Positions 62,757 to 64,000 of a stretch of DNA of 64,000 nt are shown here, piece after piece. How positions within the stretch are numbered: the stretch's first letter is position 1; every line of letters begins with the position of its first letter. The stretch comes from Felis catus (Eukaryota). The notes beneath the pieces are model-generated. The model was not told the origin of the DNA, did no database searches, and worked only from the letters and a program-made list of their open reading frames with translations. Made by a program: the position numbers and the translations under genes. The DNA is taken from NCBI RefSeq assembly GCF_018350175.1, contig NC_058373.1, positions 107,386,001-107,450,000 of the forward strand, given 5' to 3'.

Positions 62757-63491
62757 TATCAGTAAATACCACTACTGGGTATTTACCCAAAGAAAACAAA
62801 AACACTAATTTGAAAGATAAATGCACCCCATGTGTATTTCAGCATCACTTATAATAACCAAGATACGGAAGCAGTCCATGTGCCTGTCCATAGATAAGTG
62901 AACAGAGAAGGTGTGTGTTTGTGTGTGTGTGTGTATGCATGTGCGTGTGTGCGTGTTTGTGCAGTGGAATATTACTCAGCCATAAAAAGAATGAAATCTT
63001 GCCATTTGCTGCAACGACATGAATGGACCTCGAGAGTACAGTGCTAAGTGAAGTAAGTCAGTCAGAGAAAGACAAATACCATATGATTTCACTCATGTGG
63101 AATTTAAGAAACAAAAGAAATGAACAAGCAAATTTAAAGAGAGATAAACAAAAAATCTGACTCTTAAATACAGAGAATAAATTGGTGGTTGCCAAAGGGT
63201 AGGTGGGAGGGGTGAAATAGAGAATCATGAGTACACTTGAATAACACTGAGTAATGTATAGAATTGTTGTATCATTATATTGTATGCCTGAAACTAATAT
63301 AACACTGTATGTTAATAATTCTTCAATTAAGAGGGGTGCCTGGGTGACTCAGTCACTTAAGCGCCTGACTTCGGCTCAGGTCATGATCTCGCGGTTCATG
63401 GGTTTGAGCCCTGTGTCTGGCTCTGTGCGGACAGCTCAGAGCCTGGAGCCTGTGTCTCCCTGTGTCTGTGCCCCTCTTCTGCTTGCGCACA

Positions 63492-63531
<40 letters not shown>

Positions 63532-63590
63532 AATAAATAAACATTAAAAAAATAATTCTTCAGTTAAGAAAAATGAAAAAATAACTATGC
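62757..63590 (+). mobile_element. L1 ORF2 end and 3'UTR (L1MA9/carnivore-type) with a sense CanSINE (63332-63552) near its end
   Basis: ggaatattactcagccataaaaagaatgaaatcttgccatttgc...cagagaaagacaaatacc; SINE TSD aataattcttca(a/g)ttaaga. Confidence 0.92.
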
Positions 63591-64000
63591 TAGCCCTGAA
63601 ACAATAACTTAAGGAACAATGTGAAGAAAAAAGGTGAGGGTGTATGGTTGACAATTCCCCACTTATTTGTTTAATGACAGTTTTAGTTGTCAGAAGAGGA
63701 GATGATACTTCCTTCCTTTGTTATTTTAATAAAAAGCAGAATCACAGCTAAAACATGGATTTCAGCAATCCAGTAGCTTTTGACAGTCTGCAACCCTCCT
63801 CATAAGTTTGTTGTGTTCCCTTGTTTACTTCCCTGCTCTAGAGCTGTGCTGAGATAGTCCTTAAAGAAGCTCTGTCCTGCCCGATGGTACCTTGGATGTA
63901 GAAGTTTGTCACTTTATTGGTTCCCCAAAAAGTCTTCTCACATGTTCTTGAAGATTTAAGGGTTAAAAAGGAAGGATCATATCACCTACTTGAAACTATG

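Overview
Mammalian, AT-rich genomic DNA from a felid, most likely cat. The call rests on about 49 carnivore tRNA-derived CanSINEs (including young SINEC_Fc-type copies) and a felid-type L1. The only protein-coding sequence I can support is one 122-bp internal exon (16199-16320, + strand, [41 protein letters not shown]). I recognise it as the penultimate exon (exon 7 in human numbering) of MNAT1/MAT1, the CDK7-cyclin H assembly factor. Everything else is intron: about 16 kb upstream and at least 47.7 kb downstream. The introns hold SINEs, a 3.7-kb dead 5'-truncated L1 with a 15-bp TSD, older L1M/L2/MIR fragments, an MLT1 LTR and several DNA-transposon fossils. The ORF-track entries are SINE, L1 or microsatellite artefacts. 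I see no new protein-coding system. The best leads are: candidate SIX/E-box enhancers (MNAT1 neighbours SIX4/SIX1 in human), a candidate recursive splice site, an inverted-SINE and intronic-polyadenylation arrangement around the exon, a 90-bp templated duplication inside a SINE tail, a possible SINE-L1 chimera and a tiny twin-primed L1. Repeat boundaries and subfamily names were called by eye and are approximate.
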